Below, in pieces: positions 1 to 12,817 of a stretch of 64,000 bases of DNA. The position numbers and the translations under genes were made by a program. How positions within the stretch are numbered: the first letter of the stretch is position 1; each line of letters opens with the position of its first letter. Origin of the DNA: Trichinella spiralis (lineage: Eukaryota); contig NW_003526943.1 of NCBI RefSeq assembly GCF_000181795.1, positions 1,483,647-1,547,646 of the forward strand, read 5' to 3'. The notes beneath the pieces are model-generated. The model was not told where the DNA came from. It searched no databases and saw only the letters and a program-made list of their open reading frames with translations.

Positions 1-3000
1 TCAGATAAAATAAATCGCCATTGTTCGATAATATCAACCGCGACCTTTACAACCCGGTCAAAAGGTATTTTAGTGCCTAAATTTTAGTGCATACGCCTGT
101 TTGCCACAGTTTTCATTTTAGAGATGTTTAGCAATAAAGTCACAGGTTTAATTGAAATGTTGAACTGTTTGTTGTCCATTATATAAAATAAAACATTCTT
201 GATAAAAAAAAACACAGCAACCTATCCAGATCTGTTCAACTGATCAAAATTACTTACTTGTAAACATATATTAAATGCTTCTTCTTACGCACAAGCACAT
301 TTATGATACATATAATGAATCATATTGTTTGTTTTATAAAAATATCTAAAGTCAATTAAAGTTTGGGATATCTCAGAATAAGGCAGAGTATTTATAATGT
401 TCAAAACTTATTAAAGTTTGAAATGTTTGTTATATTTGACAAACACCAAACAGATTTAATTTTTAAAAGAAATTACATATACTGTAAAAAAATGCAAAAG
501 AAACTGCTTAAATGTTAATTTCATTACAATTGACTTTATTTTGCAGTTTTTGTTCAATAAAAGTCCTATACTTAATACCATCGTTAATATGCGTATTGAA
601 ATTTTAGTAAGAAATCAGAGTTATAAGAATAGTTACAAAGTTCATCCAAGTGTTACAAACAGCGTTCTCCTCAAATTCCTACAATTGATTATTTATTATT
701 TCCTTCCCTTTCTTCGTCGATGTATCCCAAGTGATGCTGTTCACACTTGTGAAGGACAACTTTACAATGGAAATTACCACCATTGAAAGAATGCAGCATC
801 GTAAAAGCATTGAAAATTTTTACCAATACACACGTATATGTATATATGCATGTATGTATATATAAAGTGCACTTGTAATTTATGTTTCTACTATGTTGTT
901 GCATCATTTCAGTTAGAACATCAGAAATTTTATTTTCATTTGTCAAGTTTACTCTCTGCTTGCGCTGAGCACAAATGGGGCGTGGAAATCAGACAAATCT
1001 ATTCTTTTCTAATTGATGCCGTCAGAAGTGTATAACACTATGGAATAGCTGAAATAAAGATGCGTCCTGTGCAGGTTTTTGACCAGCAAAGATCACACTG
1101 ACCAGTTCTACATTTTCACGCGGACCTTGAACGTATTCTGCCACGTTCTACCGACCAAAAACAGTGAAGAATGCACATGCATGCACATGCGCAGGCAGAA
1201 ATGTATCGTATAATTATATCTTCAGCTGGTAGGTCAAGCTGACCATTCATTTACTATTCTAATATGCTGACCTCAGAAAATTAAAAACCATATGCTCTAT
1301 TGTACTTGCTAATTGTTGAACACATGATACGAGTTGCATTGTAATGACGAAATTGAATCGTAAATGCAATGTAATATGCATTTATAATAAATAATATGGA
1401 TTTTATTTGAGCAAGTGGATTATTAATAATTATTAGAAGATGTGCGAAAATAATAAAAATTGAAAAAAAATCATTTGAACGAGTAAATAAAAATGCATAC
1501 CTAAAGAGGTAAGAAGAGGCAGGATGAAGAGGCAAGTTGCCATTATCATTGTAGTTTTCGTATTTGTCGTAAGTCAGTTTGGAATGGTGAATTTGTAGCT
1601 CATTTAAGCTTGTTGTTGCCGGCAGTGGAGTGCGTGCGGTAAAAACGCAAGAGCAAGCTGGCAGAGAACGTCGAATGGAGCAGATGCGTGCAGAAGAACT
1701 GAAAAATGGCACACTCTTGCTTACGGTAATGTTGATATGGCAGTCGCGTTTAGGAACGAACGATTAAAAGTGGAACAAATAGTGAGCTGCTCCAGAAAAT
1801 GGTCCAACGAGAAATTGCCACCAGCGCCTTCAAAATGACTAATCCTCAGCCCACATGCTTACTGACTGTTTGTCAAAGAATGTTATCTTTTTATTTTTTT
1901 CGAAAAACCTTCTTTTTTACACAACATCATTATTACATAAAAACACCCTCCCCCCCCCCGCATGTATGCGTAGGAGATTATTAATTTATTTGTGAAAGAA
2001 ACGTATGACAAAACGTTATGGAAATGATTTGTACAAGAAATGTGAAAAATTTAAGCTAGCCTGAATAATTTTGAAAGAATACAGATCTAGTTTGTGGATG
2101 ATTTGTGAGATGTATAATGGAAAAGATGAAAATTGTCATCAAGGTCTGTTCAAAAGTTGTCTCACGTTTTTCAGCCAAAACTAACCTTGAAATTATTACA
2201 AATTTGATATTGGTTTGAAAATATTGAAATGCACGCAGAGGAAAATTGATCAGACAAAAGTCCCTTTTATTGTGCACCGCATGAAAAGGGCTTGGCCTGT
2301 GTGTCAATGGCGCTATTGAGGTTTCGGTTTGAACTGAATTTCAAAGCACAATGTTTGACAGCTTTTTTTATTCTTTTCTTTTTTTTTCTAATTTTCTACC
2401 AAAAATTCAGATCAATCCACCAGGTAGGTTACCCAAATTGCTTTGACCGAAAATGATAAATCGAAATTGTTTTTTCTTTTTTCATTTAATTGAAAACATC
2501 TGAGGAAATATATGATCATCCAACAGTTTAATATGTTTGAAATTGACAATCCAATTTTTAATAGAAATTTTTGTTCGAAAATTTTTTGCATACATTGGTC
2601 AGTTTGATTATGAATTCAGTATTTTATTAATATCACATTGCAAAAAGAAAGATGCAAAAAGCATGATGGTACAATATTCAAATTTACCTCATTCAGTGCA
2701 ATATGTACTGTAGTTTAAAATGTTTATCTTACTGACGAATTAGAAATTTTCCAATAAAATAATAATCAAATTTCGATAACTGGATTAAATTGGTTTTGTT
2801 TTTTTTCTTGTGAAATGCTAAAATAGAAATTGCAAGTATTGCTTTTGTTTAATAGACAACACTGAACCTGAGCACATGCATGTCAGTATGCCATTACCTT
2901 GAAATTTTCAACTAGTTTCCATTTTTCGTCTTAAATATTTTATTTCAAAAACAATCCAACTTCTACTTTAAATTTAAACATATTTTGCATTGGACATGGA

Positions 3001-4670
3001 ATATGTTAACCGCATTTTTTTAATTCTTAAGTTCAAAACCAATTAACAAATTAACATGTTTCACAAACTGACAGCATCATTCTAATGTTTCAAACTTCAT
3101 TTATAAATATATGTATATACTTGAAAATTAATTAATTTTTAGATTGTTGTAATTTAATAATTTTTCAGATTATATAAATGTAAATTTATACATATTCTAT
3201 TAAAATGTTATTCATATTCTGAAAGTCAAATTATAAAAGAAACAATCGATTTTAATAATACATTTGAAAATATATTTATGCAAATATTGAATTATACAGT
3301 TTTTCTTGCTACCTCATTTTGTAGATTTTTTAAATAAATAATTTTTTGAAAGTAAAAAGGAAAAATTATTATCTTTTTTTCTGAATAATAACAATTTCAA
3401 GTATACAATGAAGATGTTATGAATTTATTAAATTTCATAATTTTCCCGTTGATGGTAGTGTTGTGGAAAATTCAGACGTGGAAGTATGTGACTTGAAATG
3501 ATCATCCAGTTTGCAAATCAGCACGGCTGATTGACGAATCCCCATTGGCAATGTAAAACAATATGATGAATCATGATGAAGAAGATTCTTTGAAGTGATT
3601 CAATTTTTCAAGTGTGACATTTTTACTTTACGACGACAAGAAATGGCCAACAATGCTGTAAAATGATTCACAAGCCGGTCAGTCATCTGGGTGAAAATTA
3701 GGTTTTCCAAGTTAAGTCAACAAATTTGTCACTTTCGTCATTATTAATAATAATAATATTATTATTATTATTAATAACGATAACAATTAATATTATTACT
3801 GTTAATTCATTTTGTATGCGTGATTTTGATTTTGCAGTCGAATCATTCATTAGCAATACAATTTTCGAATAAGTAAATTTTAATATTCTTCTCCAAAACA
3901 AGAATAAGGAAAAAAAATACTTGACAGTTCCGATAGATGGTTCAATTTTGAATATCAATTGCTGTTTGCAAATGTATTTTCAAATTCAGTACTTCTTTTT
4001 ATATACAATAATGGAATGATCGGTACTTTTTTTCCAAAAAATTTCACGTCAATTTTACAAAAGATAATTCACTGAACAACTTGCTTCACTTTTCAATGAA
4101 CAGCATTTCCAGCTGAAATCGCTGCAAGCAAAATTTTATTTCCTTCATCATTTTCAACACGTTTATATGTGCATATCATGATTGAAAATTGGAAAAATTT
4201 TTCCAAATACAAAGATGACAATAATTTCTAATAACTTTCAGTTGTTTTAAAATCGTTCGTCTACATGCTACAAAATAATTAATTATACCATTCGCAGTAG
4301 ATAGAGTACAGCATAAATTGAACAGTTGTTGCATTGTAGAATTTATTAATTAATTTTTTCGTAAAATTAACAACAACCTTCAATGACACTTTGCAAGTTA
4401 TTATTATCAAACAATAAATAGTAATGATTACAGTCTGCTGAAATACATGGCAGAAAATATAGCAAACATAATACATCACAAATGACAATAAAATATACGA
4501 ATATGCATACATTTATCACTTTCTACATTTATAAAAAAAACAACCGCGATAACTGTAAGCTGTCGCTGTATTCCATAAAATAATATCTGAACTTGAAAAG
4601 TATCATTGTGAAATAATGATGAATTACATCAAACTCGAGATGCTTCTGTTATGAACACTAAAGATACTAA

Positions 4671-5897
4671 TTACAGAAAAAATTGTTCAGGATTCCCTGA
4701 ACTGTTCAATCGATCTATAACTAGAGATTCTTGTTCATCTTTCAACCGATCTCCAAATTCCACCCATCGATTGTAAGATTCCAATGCCTGCTGACACTTC
4801 TTCATATCACATTCGCGCAGACTTCCTGCGTTTGTAAATAAAGAAGCCATTCGTTGACGTTCTGCAGCAAGGTCCTGGCAAGCAAATTCAGATATTCAGA
4901 TAAAATTAAATTTTAAAGTAATATTTTTTGTTTCAAGTACAGTGTTTTCAAAAAAGTGCAGCTGCCTTCTGAAATGGAAATTTGGATTTGCCTGACGGCG
5001 AGCACTGCGAATCACATTCAACGCGTCACGCCAACCAAGATCCGTAACTGACATGATGTACGCCATGGATAGAGTAACGCTGCGGCTCACTCCCATCATG
5101 CAGTGAATCAAAACAACGCCTGCAATATAGACCAGTGGTTGTTGAACACTGAATTAAACTATTTCAATTCAAAAATATTTGAAAATTAAATGTATATTCA
5201 CTGCAGAAATATTTCATTCAATTATCCGCAGCGGAATATAATTGAATTATTACCTCCGTCAAGACGAGCTCGATGAATAAAGTCGTTCACTGTGGAAACA
5301 TGCTTGATAATATTCTCATTGGAGCTGTCCGAGACTTTCAAAATTAAATGCTGTCGATGATTCTGCCTCTCCACAGGACGATCATGACAGCTTACGATAT
5401 GCGTAATCTCAAAGCATCGCTGTTTAGCATTGCAAAGTCAACATCCACGTTCATAATTTAATTTGTTTAATTTTTTTTAATTTTAATTATCAATTATGAA
5501 AATCTTTTATCATCGAATTTCATAAAACCACTTCTTTAACGTCAGTTCTCATCTGAACAATCAAAAAAGTGTATTTTGCATGTCATACGTTAGGACTTAA
5601 AAGCAACACGTTCATAATTGATTTCGTACTGGTTGTTAAAGTAATTCGAAATTAAAATCATACTGCACAATGAATAACTGCGCTTCACATTCAAATATGA
5701 AGACCAAATACAGCGAAAATGCCATCATCCAACAGTGCAAAAGAAACTCTGCACTCAGAAATTAAAAAAATACTGGATTACATCATTAAAAAGTGGTGCT
5801 GTAATTTTAAAATGTAGATAAAAGAAAACAACAGTAAAGTGGTTGGTATATTGGAAAAGCAAAAAACTTTTTCTCAATCCTTTTACTTCAATAAACC

Positions 5898-5930
<33 letters not shown>

Positions 5931-8900
5931 TAAACAGGTTTTTAATTTTCCAATTTCTTTTTTAACTTCATTAACTCATCCTGATGCTCTTCATCATCTT
6001 TTGAAGTAACAGTCAACAGAATTCCCTCGTCAACGTATTTATGAGCTTCGTCCATTCGTCCCAACTCCATAGACGTTTTTGCTAAGTACAACTTCGTTGC
6101 TTTTGTACCTCCACCGGTGCTTACTTCATCGGATTTTTTAAAAGCTCTAAAAGCCGCATCATACGACGCCGAAGGCAGTTTCTTATAAAAGGTTGATGCA
6201 TAATAACGTTCCACACAGTTTATTCCTGACGCGTAAAAAAGCCAACGGCCATTTAAATAATTCAGTATTTCATCATCCGGCAAAATGGCCAAGCTTTCAT
6301 CTAATAAACCTTTCAAACGGATCCCTTCGTCAATGCGATCCTTAGTAGTGGTCAGAAATAAGGCTGTTTCTGCCAACGCAATGGCACAACACTTTTTCAA
6401 CTGTCCATCGTTTGGCCATTGCTTGAGAGCAGCAAAAGCACGTTCTTTCGCGAGAGTGAGAACATGCTTCCTATTTTCATCTTTCTTTGAAGGAAAACAG
6501 TTCGCATAAGATTCGGATACTTGTAGCATTTTTAAAATAAACGATAAATTATCACTGAATCGATCATAATAGCGATTCATAAAACGGTACGCAACTTCAT
6601 AGCGATCCTCAATTCCGGTACTGATCAACTTCTCTACCCGGTTGAACACGCTCTTCATCTGATCCTCTTCCAACTCTTCACTGGCTTCGGATGCTGTACT
6701 TCCATCCAAAAGCTTCTCATTGCTTACGGCGTCGTAATATATCTCCCCAGTTTGCTGTGCAATAGTTTCCTTAATCTGCTTATGCTCTTCACCCACCGTA
6801 CTTTGCAACTCGCGCAATTCCTTCCTCAAATTATCAACCTCCAGCTGCATGTGATGACTCATCAAGCTCAATTTGGCATTCAAACTACGGTATACAATAT
6901 ACATGCCACAACCTCCAACCAATGCGGTAGTGGCCACCAAACCAAGGGTACACTGCAAATCAAATGGTCGAATTACTTGATGCATTACCATCACCCTGTT
7001 ACTGAATTAAGCTGAACGCTTACCGGCAATCCCATCACGAAATAACTACGTCAACCGAATGCGAAAATTAAATTCACTCGACTATTTCCAATTTCTCTAC
7101 ACACGAAAAAATCTAATCTAAAATTTATGAAGTAAACTGTATATTTTAATTGTAAAATCATACAAAACTCAGTGTCATTTAATTTCTATTTCATACTAGA
7201 ATTTCAAAAATTACATTAAGATTTTGTTAACAAAATTGAATAATTAATTATTTCAAACTTATAAATTAATCAGCAAATATGAACGATCTATATATTCCCT
7301 GAACAAGGGCATCGCAAAACTTGGACTATTATTACTTACTAATATTCAAAGTGCACAAACAACTTTATTATACACTAAAATTTTCAACAGGAATATTATT
7401 TAACAAACGGCATTAAAATGACAAAAAATACATTTATACTACAAATTAATTATTAATTATTATATACACAAATAAAATTAAAAAAGTTGTCGCATTTAAA
7501 GATATTTTAAAGTTGTACTTGCTTGATAACATACAATATGACATGCATTTCATAATGGTGAAAATAAATCATATTCTTTATTACAATAAATTAAAAATCC
7601 AAAAACAATCCTGCAGTTTTCAATACTACTACAATACAATCTACCTTGATTTACTTTCATTATTGTTTATTGCCATTATTCACTGACACGATGATCACAA
7701 ATACATGATAATAAGTTTATTTCCCTAGGAAAATTTAAAAATGGACAACATATTCGACAACTTATAAAGGATAACATTATACTGCATTACAAGAACACGT
7801 ATATACATATTAATTTACATCTACCTAGTTTACATAAAAATTACATACTTTTAACTGATGCCAAAAATTTAAAAGATAAAAATCTAAATATTTAACGGTT
7901 AGTGTTTATTATTTATTTACCTAACAAAAAAATATAAAAATACAAAACATACCTTAATCTCGTCCAAAAGCTTTGAATTCACCGAATTTAAAAAACTACC
8001 AATGTAAAGACCTGGAAGAATCAACGACATAAACTAAAAAAGTATAGACACAATTGACAAAGCGCTTCCTCTTAAGAAAACTTGCAACTCATATCAAAAC
8101 ATGCATATATACGTACATAGGTCAACAATAACTTTCATTAGAAACATGCAGCAACAAATAAAGAATACAACAACTAATACAATCGTTTAAAATTCAAACA
8201 ATAGCGAAAACTTTAACTATAAAATTAGCGTTCAAACAAAATTTGCTAGAAATTTCAAACAACTTAAAAATTCAAAGTATAATCAAATAACCAATAAAAA
8301 AAGGATCAATAATATATACGTGAAATGCTAATTACTACATTTAACAGTCAATACCTACCTCCAAAGGAACAACGACCACTACACCGCAATCAAAGATGAG
8401 AACAAACAAGTTACTTCTTCTTACGTTAAAATTTATAAATGCAGGTATTATTATGAATTATACTGTAATAAAATGAATTTCCATAAAAGAAGCGTAAATT
8501 AATTTTTTTAAATAAAAATAATGGTCATAAAAATTAATTTTAATATTCAATATTTCTTTTAAGTTCAATAAATTTTAAACTATTTTCAAAACTGAGAAAC
8601 TCATACTGTAATTATACCAAAACGTATCTGGATTTTCTTATAAACGCAGTGCATTGAATATTTAAAATGTTTTCAGTTGAAATCAGCTAAAATCTTCTTC
8701 AACATTTTTTGACTGCCTATAGCAGTACACAGGATTTGCTTTTTACTTTTATGAATACGTGGTTTCCGGTTTTTTAATTCATATTGCTCATTCTGAATAT
8801 AATGTTAATTCTCTTTGAATAGCTTATAAAATCAATAAACTGCTTGTTTCGGTTACATAGATTTTACTTCGAGTATGGTACTACTATTACAGTATATTAG

Positions 8901-8977
8901 AACGCAGGATAAATGAAATAAATAATTTTTTGAAACGAATCGCTGCATGCTTATAATAGACTTACTCCTAATCCCAT
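4671..8977 (-). CDS. DUSP22: Dual-specificity protein phosphatase, DUSP15/DUSP22 subfamily; 5 coding exons (8977-8966, 8033-7953, 5407-5254, 5119-4941, 4874-4671)
   Basis: The spliced product reads MGLG|FMSLILPGLYIGSFLNSVNSKLLDEIK|ITHIVSCHD...KVSDSSNENIIKH...DFIHRARLDG|GVVLIHCMMGVSRSVTLSMAYIMSVTDLGWRDALNVIRSARRQANPNFHFRRQL. It has the HCxxGxSRS active site, the AYIM and RxxANPN motifs and a Gly2 N-terminus resembling DUSP22 (MGNGMNKILPGLYIG). All junctions are GT-AG and phase-compatible. Subfamily, not strict orthology, is what the sequence supports. Confidence 0.88.
5898..5930. repeat. (AAT)n microsatellite
   Basis: Pure AAT run immediately downstream of the RMDN stop codon. Confidence 0.9.
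5942..7035 (-). CDS. RMDN: Regulator of microtubule dynamics (RMDN/FAM82/PTPIP51-like) protein, nested in a DUSP intron; exons 7035-7024 and 6952-5942
   Basis: 350-codon ORF with an N-terminal hydrophobic anchor (LGLVATTALVGGCGMYIVY), a coiled coil (LEVDNLRKELRELQSTV), an FFAT-like EIYYDAVSNE and TPR-like RMD motifs (KDRIDEG, YLNGRW, LPSASYDAA, LYLAK). A 12-nt first exon ATGGGATTGCCG|gtaagc splices in frame to tttgcag|TGT. Confidence 0.85.
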
Positions 8978-9359
8978 GAAATAGCTAAGGAAAACTGATC
9001 CGGCAGCAAAATTACTCACTTCAAAAAGTGAGGCATGTATATTAGCAATGCATAGTAATCGAAGAATTTTAGTTGATGAAATCTAAAAGCTAATACAAAA
9101 AGAAACAAGCATGTCTAAGCTGTTATACAAGTATTACAGTGCAATGAACTAGCTTGAACATGTATTTTGCCTAGCTCTCAACCCCATATTTAAACAAGAA
9201 TGAAATTAATAGAATTTAACCGATAATGGTAAAACTGCAGCTGTGGACAGACAGTTTATCACTTGCAGACTTTCCCGTTCTACTAAAATCAGAACAATTT
9301 CTGACAAAAAAAACAAAATAAAATAGTATCTTATGCATAAATGTCGTAAAATTGCTAGA

Positions 9360-9520
9360 TAAAACGTGTTCAACGTGGAATAGCCTATCAGTGAGCAGCC
9401 AATGAGAAAAACTTGGGGGAAATGGGAGCGAACAGTTGTAGAGCACCCGAAATAAAAGATGGAGGAAAAACTGAAATATTAAACCAATGAAAATTTTGCG
9501 CGAATCAGGAAGTTAGAACA
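9360..9520. promoter_or_regulatory. Candidate bidirectional promoter between the DUSP and KANSL3 genes
   Basis: Head-to-head genes (ATGs at 8977 and 10055). Locally GC-richer patch with CCAAT boxes at 9399-9403 and 9484-9488 and an E2F-like TTTTGCGCG near 9494-9502. Confidence 0.35.
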
Positions 9521-10054
9521 GAAATTTGCTCAAAATTGTGAGTTGCTAACTAGCGTGTTATTAAATAAGACAATATTTAGCATACCTGGTAACGACTGAA
9601 TAAGCTTCATTTATTTGGATGCATAGGATTTTGTGATTTGAATAAATTTTTGTGGAACTGAAGTTCACTGCCATCAACATGCTGATCAGATGAAAGACCT
9701 GATAATTTTTAACTAATTTCAGGTAATAAAAAATTTTATAATATTATAATGATGAATTGGTAACAAAAGTGCATTGTAAGTGATATTTATTTCGTGTAAT
9801 TTTTGGTTTTTAATGCTGACGAAAAGATTTGAACATGCAAACAGATTACTGTGTTATAGTAGTCACGAGTTTTCATTTAGTTTGTAAATTAGTGATTTCA
9901 TTAGTTTATAGTATTAGTTATTTTTTAAATAATTTTTGCCTTTTGTTATTGATTGTTGACAAATTGATATTTATTTCAATAGGATTTTTGAAAAAAATCA
10001 ATTTTATTTTGCGTAATAATACAGATTTTGCATTTTAAGAAATTGTTGATTGAA

Positions 10055-12455
10055 ATGGGCTCTGCAGCTGCGGATGGGAATGGTGAAATGGAACAGTTAT
10101 GTGATTTCGAATTGTCAGAAATTTTGAATGCTTCCAAGCCTAATGGACCTGTAATAACGTTGTATGAAGCACTAGAGCGCAATTTTTACAGAACCCGATT
10201 TGGAATGCATTATTATTTAGCTGGTTTAACTCGAAATGATCCAGGTTGTTATTCTCCATCTCTACAGTCGGATAGGAATGCAGGTGATGGCTCGGTAATT
10301 TACCTTTTTCCAAAATTGAAATGGCCACCGCCTTCTCTGAATTCGTCATGTAATCCTGTGGAACCGATTGAACGTTTGAGGGTGGGATATCAGCCGCAGA
10401 ACACAGTTACAGATATTTCTATAACATATTTGAAACGATGGACCGAGAAGGCGGCTAAACAAATTCGAATCTGTTCTGTGGGTACCTGTTATGATGATAC
10501 CTTGTTATATCAGCAGTGGGAAGGCAAGATTCTCGAGTAAGCGTTTTGTTGCTCAGTGGAATTTGTTTTCCATTTTACGAATAAAACTTAAAAAAAAATT
10601 TTTTTTTGAGGATTTTGAACAACGTGAATAGGAAATTTGTTACTAATATTTGTCAAGTGATAAAAAGTTACGTATTGTTCGAGCTCGCTTCAGTGGGAGT
10701 AAGTGTGTTGGTTATAACTTCAGACTTTCGATTTTTGATGTGACTGAAAACTTGGATAATTTTCATTCACATTTTAGATATACAATGAAGAACTGATATT
10801 GTCAGAAAATTTGAAAACTGCATCTGTCAATATGCTCACCATTTGGAATGAGATGATCATTTGTGAAATCGATTTGACAAATGTGCATTATCAGTTTTTG
10901 AAAAATCTACCAGAGAAATATTTAAAAGCATATTTATGCATAACTCGAACGATGCGATACGATGTGAGTAATTTTCTCTTTGCAATCACTTTGTTCTTGT
11001 TATGCTTTCATTTTCAGCGTCCAGATATTTTTAAAAAGATCATCAATGTTGACGAAAATAGCGATTCAATACTTTCACATTTTGCACAATTTTCGGCCAT
11101 CCGATCGGTGAATCGGACAAAAGTGAGCTTTCCATTGAAATTAATTTCACCCTTGGATGGAAACGTGGTGATAATTTTGGTCTGGCCACATGTAAGATTT
11201 GTCGGTTATAAATCGGCAAATGTGAGTGAAAATTGCAAATTTTTTTTCGGGTGTGTTCATTGATTTGATATTTGAAAAGTTTTGTCAAAAACCTTTTCAT
11301 CTTCAACGTTTTCCAGCAGGGTGTTACCAGAATATGCGAAATGTATTGAATTGAAACTAGCACCGATAAAATGGGGAAAATCCACCGACGAAATACACAA
11401 CATTTACATGGATGATTTGAGAATTAAAATTTTTAAAGTACAACATTTTCAAATTATTCGCTCATTATGTGATGAAGTGTGAATAAGTTGTCTGTGCAGA
11501 CATTGCAGCGATATAATGATAAGAAAGTAATTTTGATTGGATGGCACTTGTCTTGCGACGTGGTGTTGCAGGTGTGATGCATGTGGAAGAAAAGAGCAGT
11601 TTAAAAAATGTATACAATGTATTTTTTTGATTTCAATTTTTTAGTCATGCAGTGCGAGCAATGTTTGCGGTGTGGTACTTTTCAATTTTATCAATCGAGC
11701 AAAGGAACATTTACCTGCGGTATATTGATGCCTTTTTTGATTATTTCTCATAAATGATTTGGTAAATAGATTTTTTTGCAGATTGTGTCGCCAAGTTTGC
11801 TCGGATGTGAAGTTCCGGTGCTGTTTGTTGTCGGCAGTTTCTCCAAATTGTGTTCTGCGGATTTTTTGATAAGCATTATGCCCAAGTTTAAAAGTGAGTT
11901 TGGATTATTAATTTATTTATTGAATATAATTCGGTTTTTTCTCCCATCAAATTCAATACTTTTACAGATCCAAAAAGCAAAGTTGTTGTTGTTGGCCAAT
12001 GCGACGATCAACTAATGATGAATCCTGTAGCATTGCAAGCTCTTCATTTAAATCAACTAGTGGTGAACTATTGTATTCTGGTGAGTTGTGGATTTGCTTG
12101 TTTTCACGATTAGTGAAATTGTTGTTTTTTCTATGCTTCTATTTTTCAAGGAAGCAGTGATGAATTATTGTCATCAGCTGCTGAAAAGTGGTGTTGAAAT
12201 GATGGGCGAACGTGGTGATGATGGTGATAATAATCGAGTAAATTATTATTATTTGTTTTCCTTTATATTTATTAATTCAAATAAATATCTCCCTTTTAGA
12301 ATCAACAATATGTTAATAATGATGACAACGATGATATTTGTACCAGACAACGTGCGAAGCGCACTTTGAGAAGTGTTTCGGTCGACGAAAGCAGTGGCTT
12401 ATTATCTGCGCAGTCGAGGAAAAGAAGAACAACTGAACATAACACATATGGCTGA
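10055..12455 (+). CDS. KANSL3: KAT8 regulatory NSL complex subunit 3 (KANSL3/NSL3)-like, multi-exon, alpha/beta-hydrolase fold
   Basis: Exon fragments SCNPVEPIERLR, EKAAKQIR, LKNLPEKYLKAYLCITRTMR, KKVILIGWHLS, LLGCEVPVLFVVGSFSKLCS and QLVVNYCIL follow the order of recalled KANSL3 motifs (ACNEPVLRR, DKCARRVR, PMLAAYL, PIILIGWNTG, LLDMKTPVLFVIGQNS, QSMVDRCI). Short GT-AG introns separate them. Internal exon borders and the 3' end are approximate. Confidence 0.7.
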
Positions 12456-12817
12456 CCAACAAAGCAGCAATGCTTTGAAATTTTTAATATGCTTTTCATC
12501 CATCCATTCAACATGTTTGCGGATATATCCGTGCAAGTGATAGTGGTCGTGGTGGAATGATCATCTTTGAATTCTTTGATTCGTTTTTTTTTCTTTTTTC
12601 TCTGTTTCATCCAATCAGTATTCACCAATTGGAGTGAAATTGTTCAAAATTCTGTAAAATATTTTTTCTTCTTCATTATATGAATTGAACAACAGTTTGG
12701 TGAGGTTGTTTGTTTGTTTGTTTATTTCAAAACGATAATTTGTTTTTGTGTGCGAATTTGTTATTTTCAAAGGCAGTAGTAGATAGAATAAAGTAATTTG
12801 AATAATCAATTAGTCAA

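Noticed and set aside
1..1760. Possible exons of a minus-strand gene running off the left edge (1501-1712 ending at a gtatgc donor; 1-76 reading TKIPFDRVVKVAVDIIEQWRFILS after an AG)
   Set aside because: The splice signals are plausible, but I could not build a consistent model or recognise a product.
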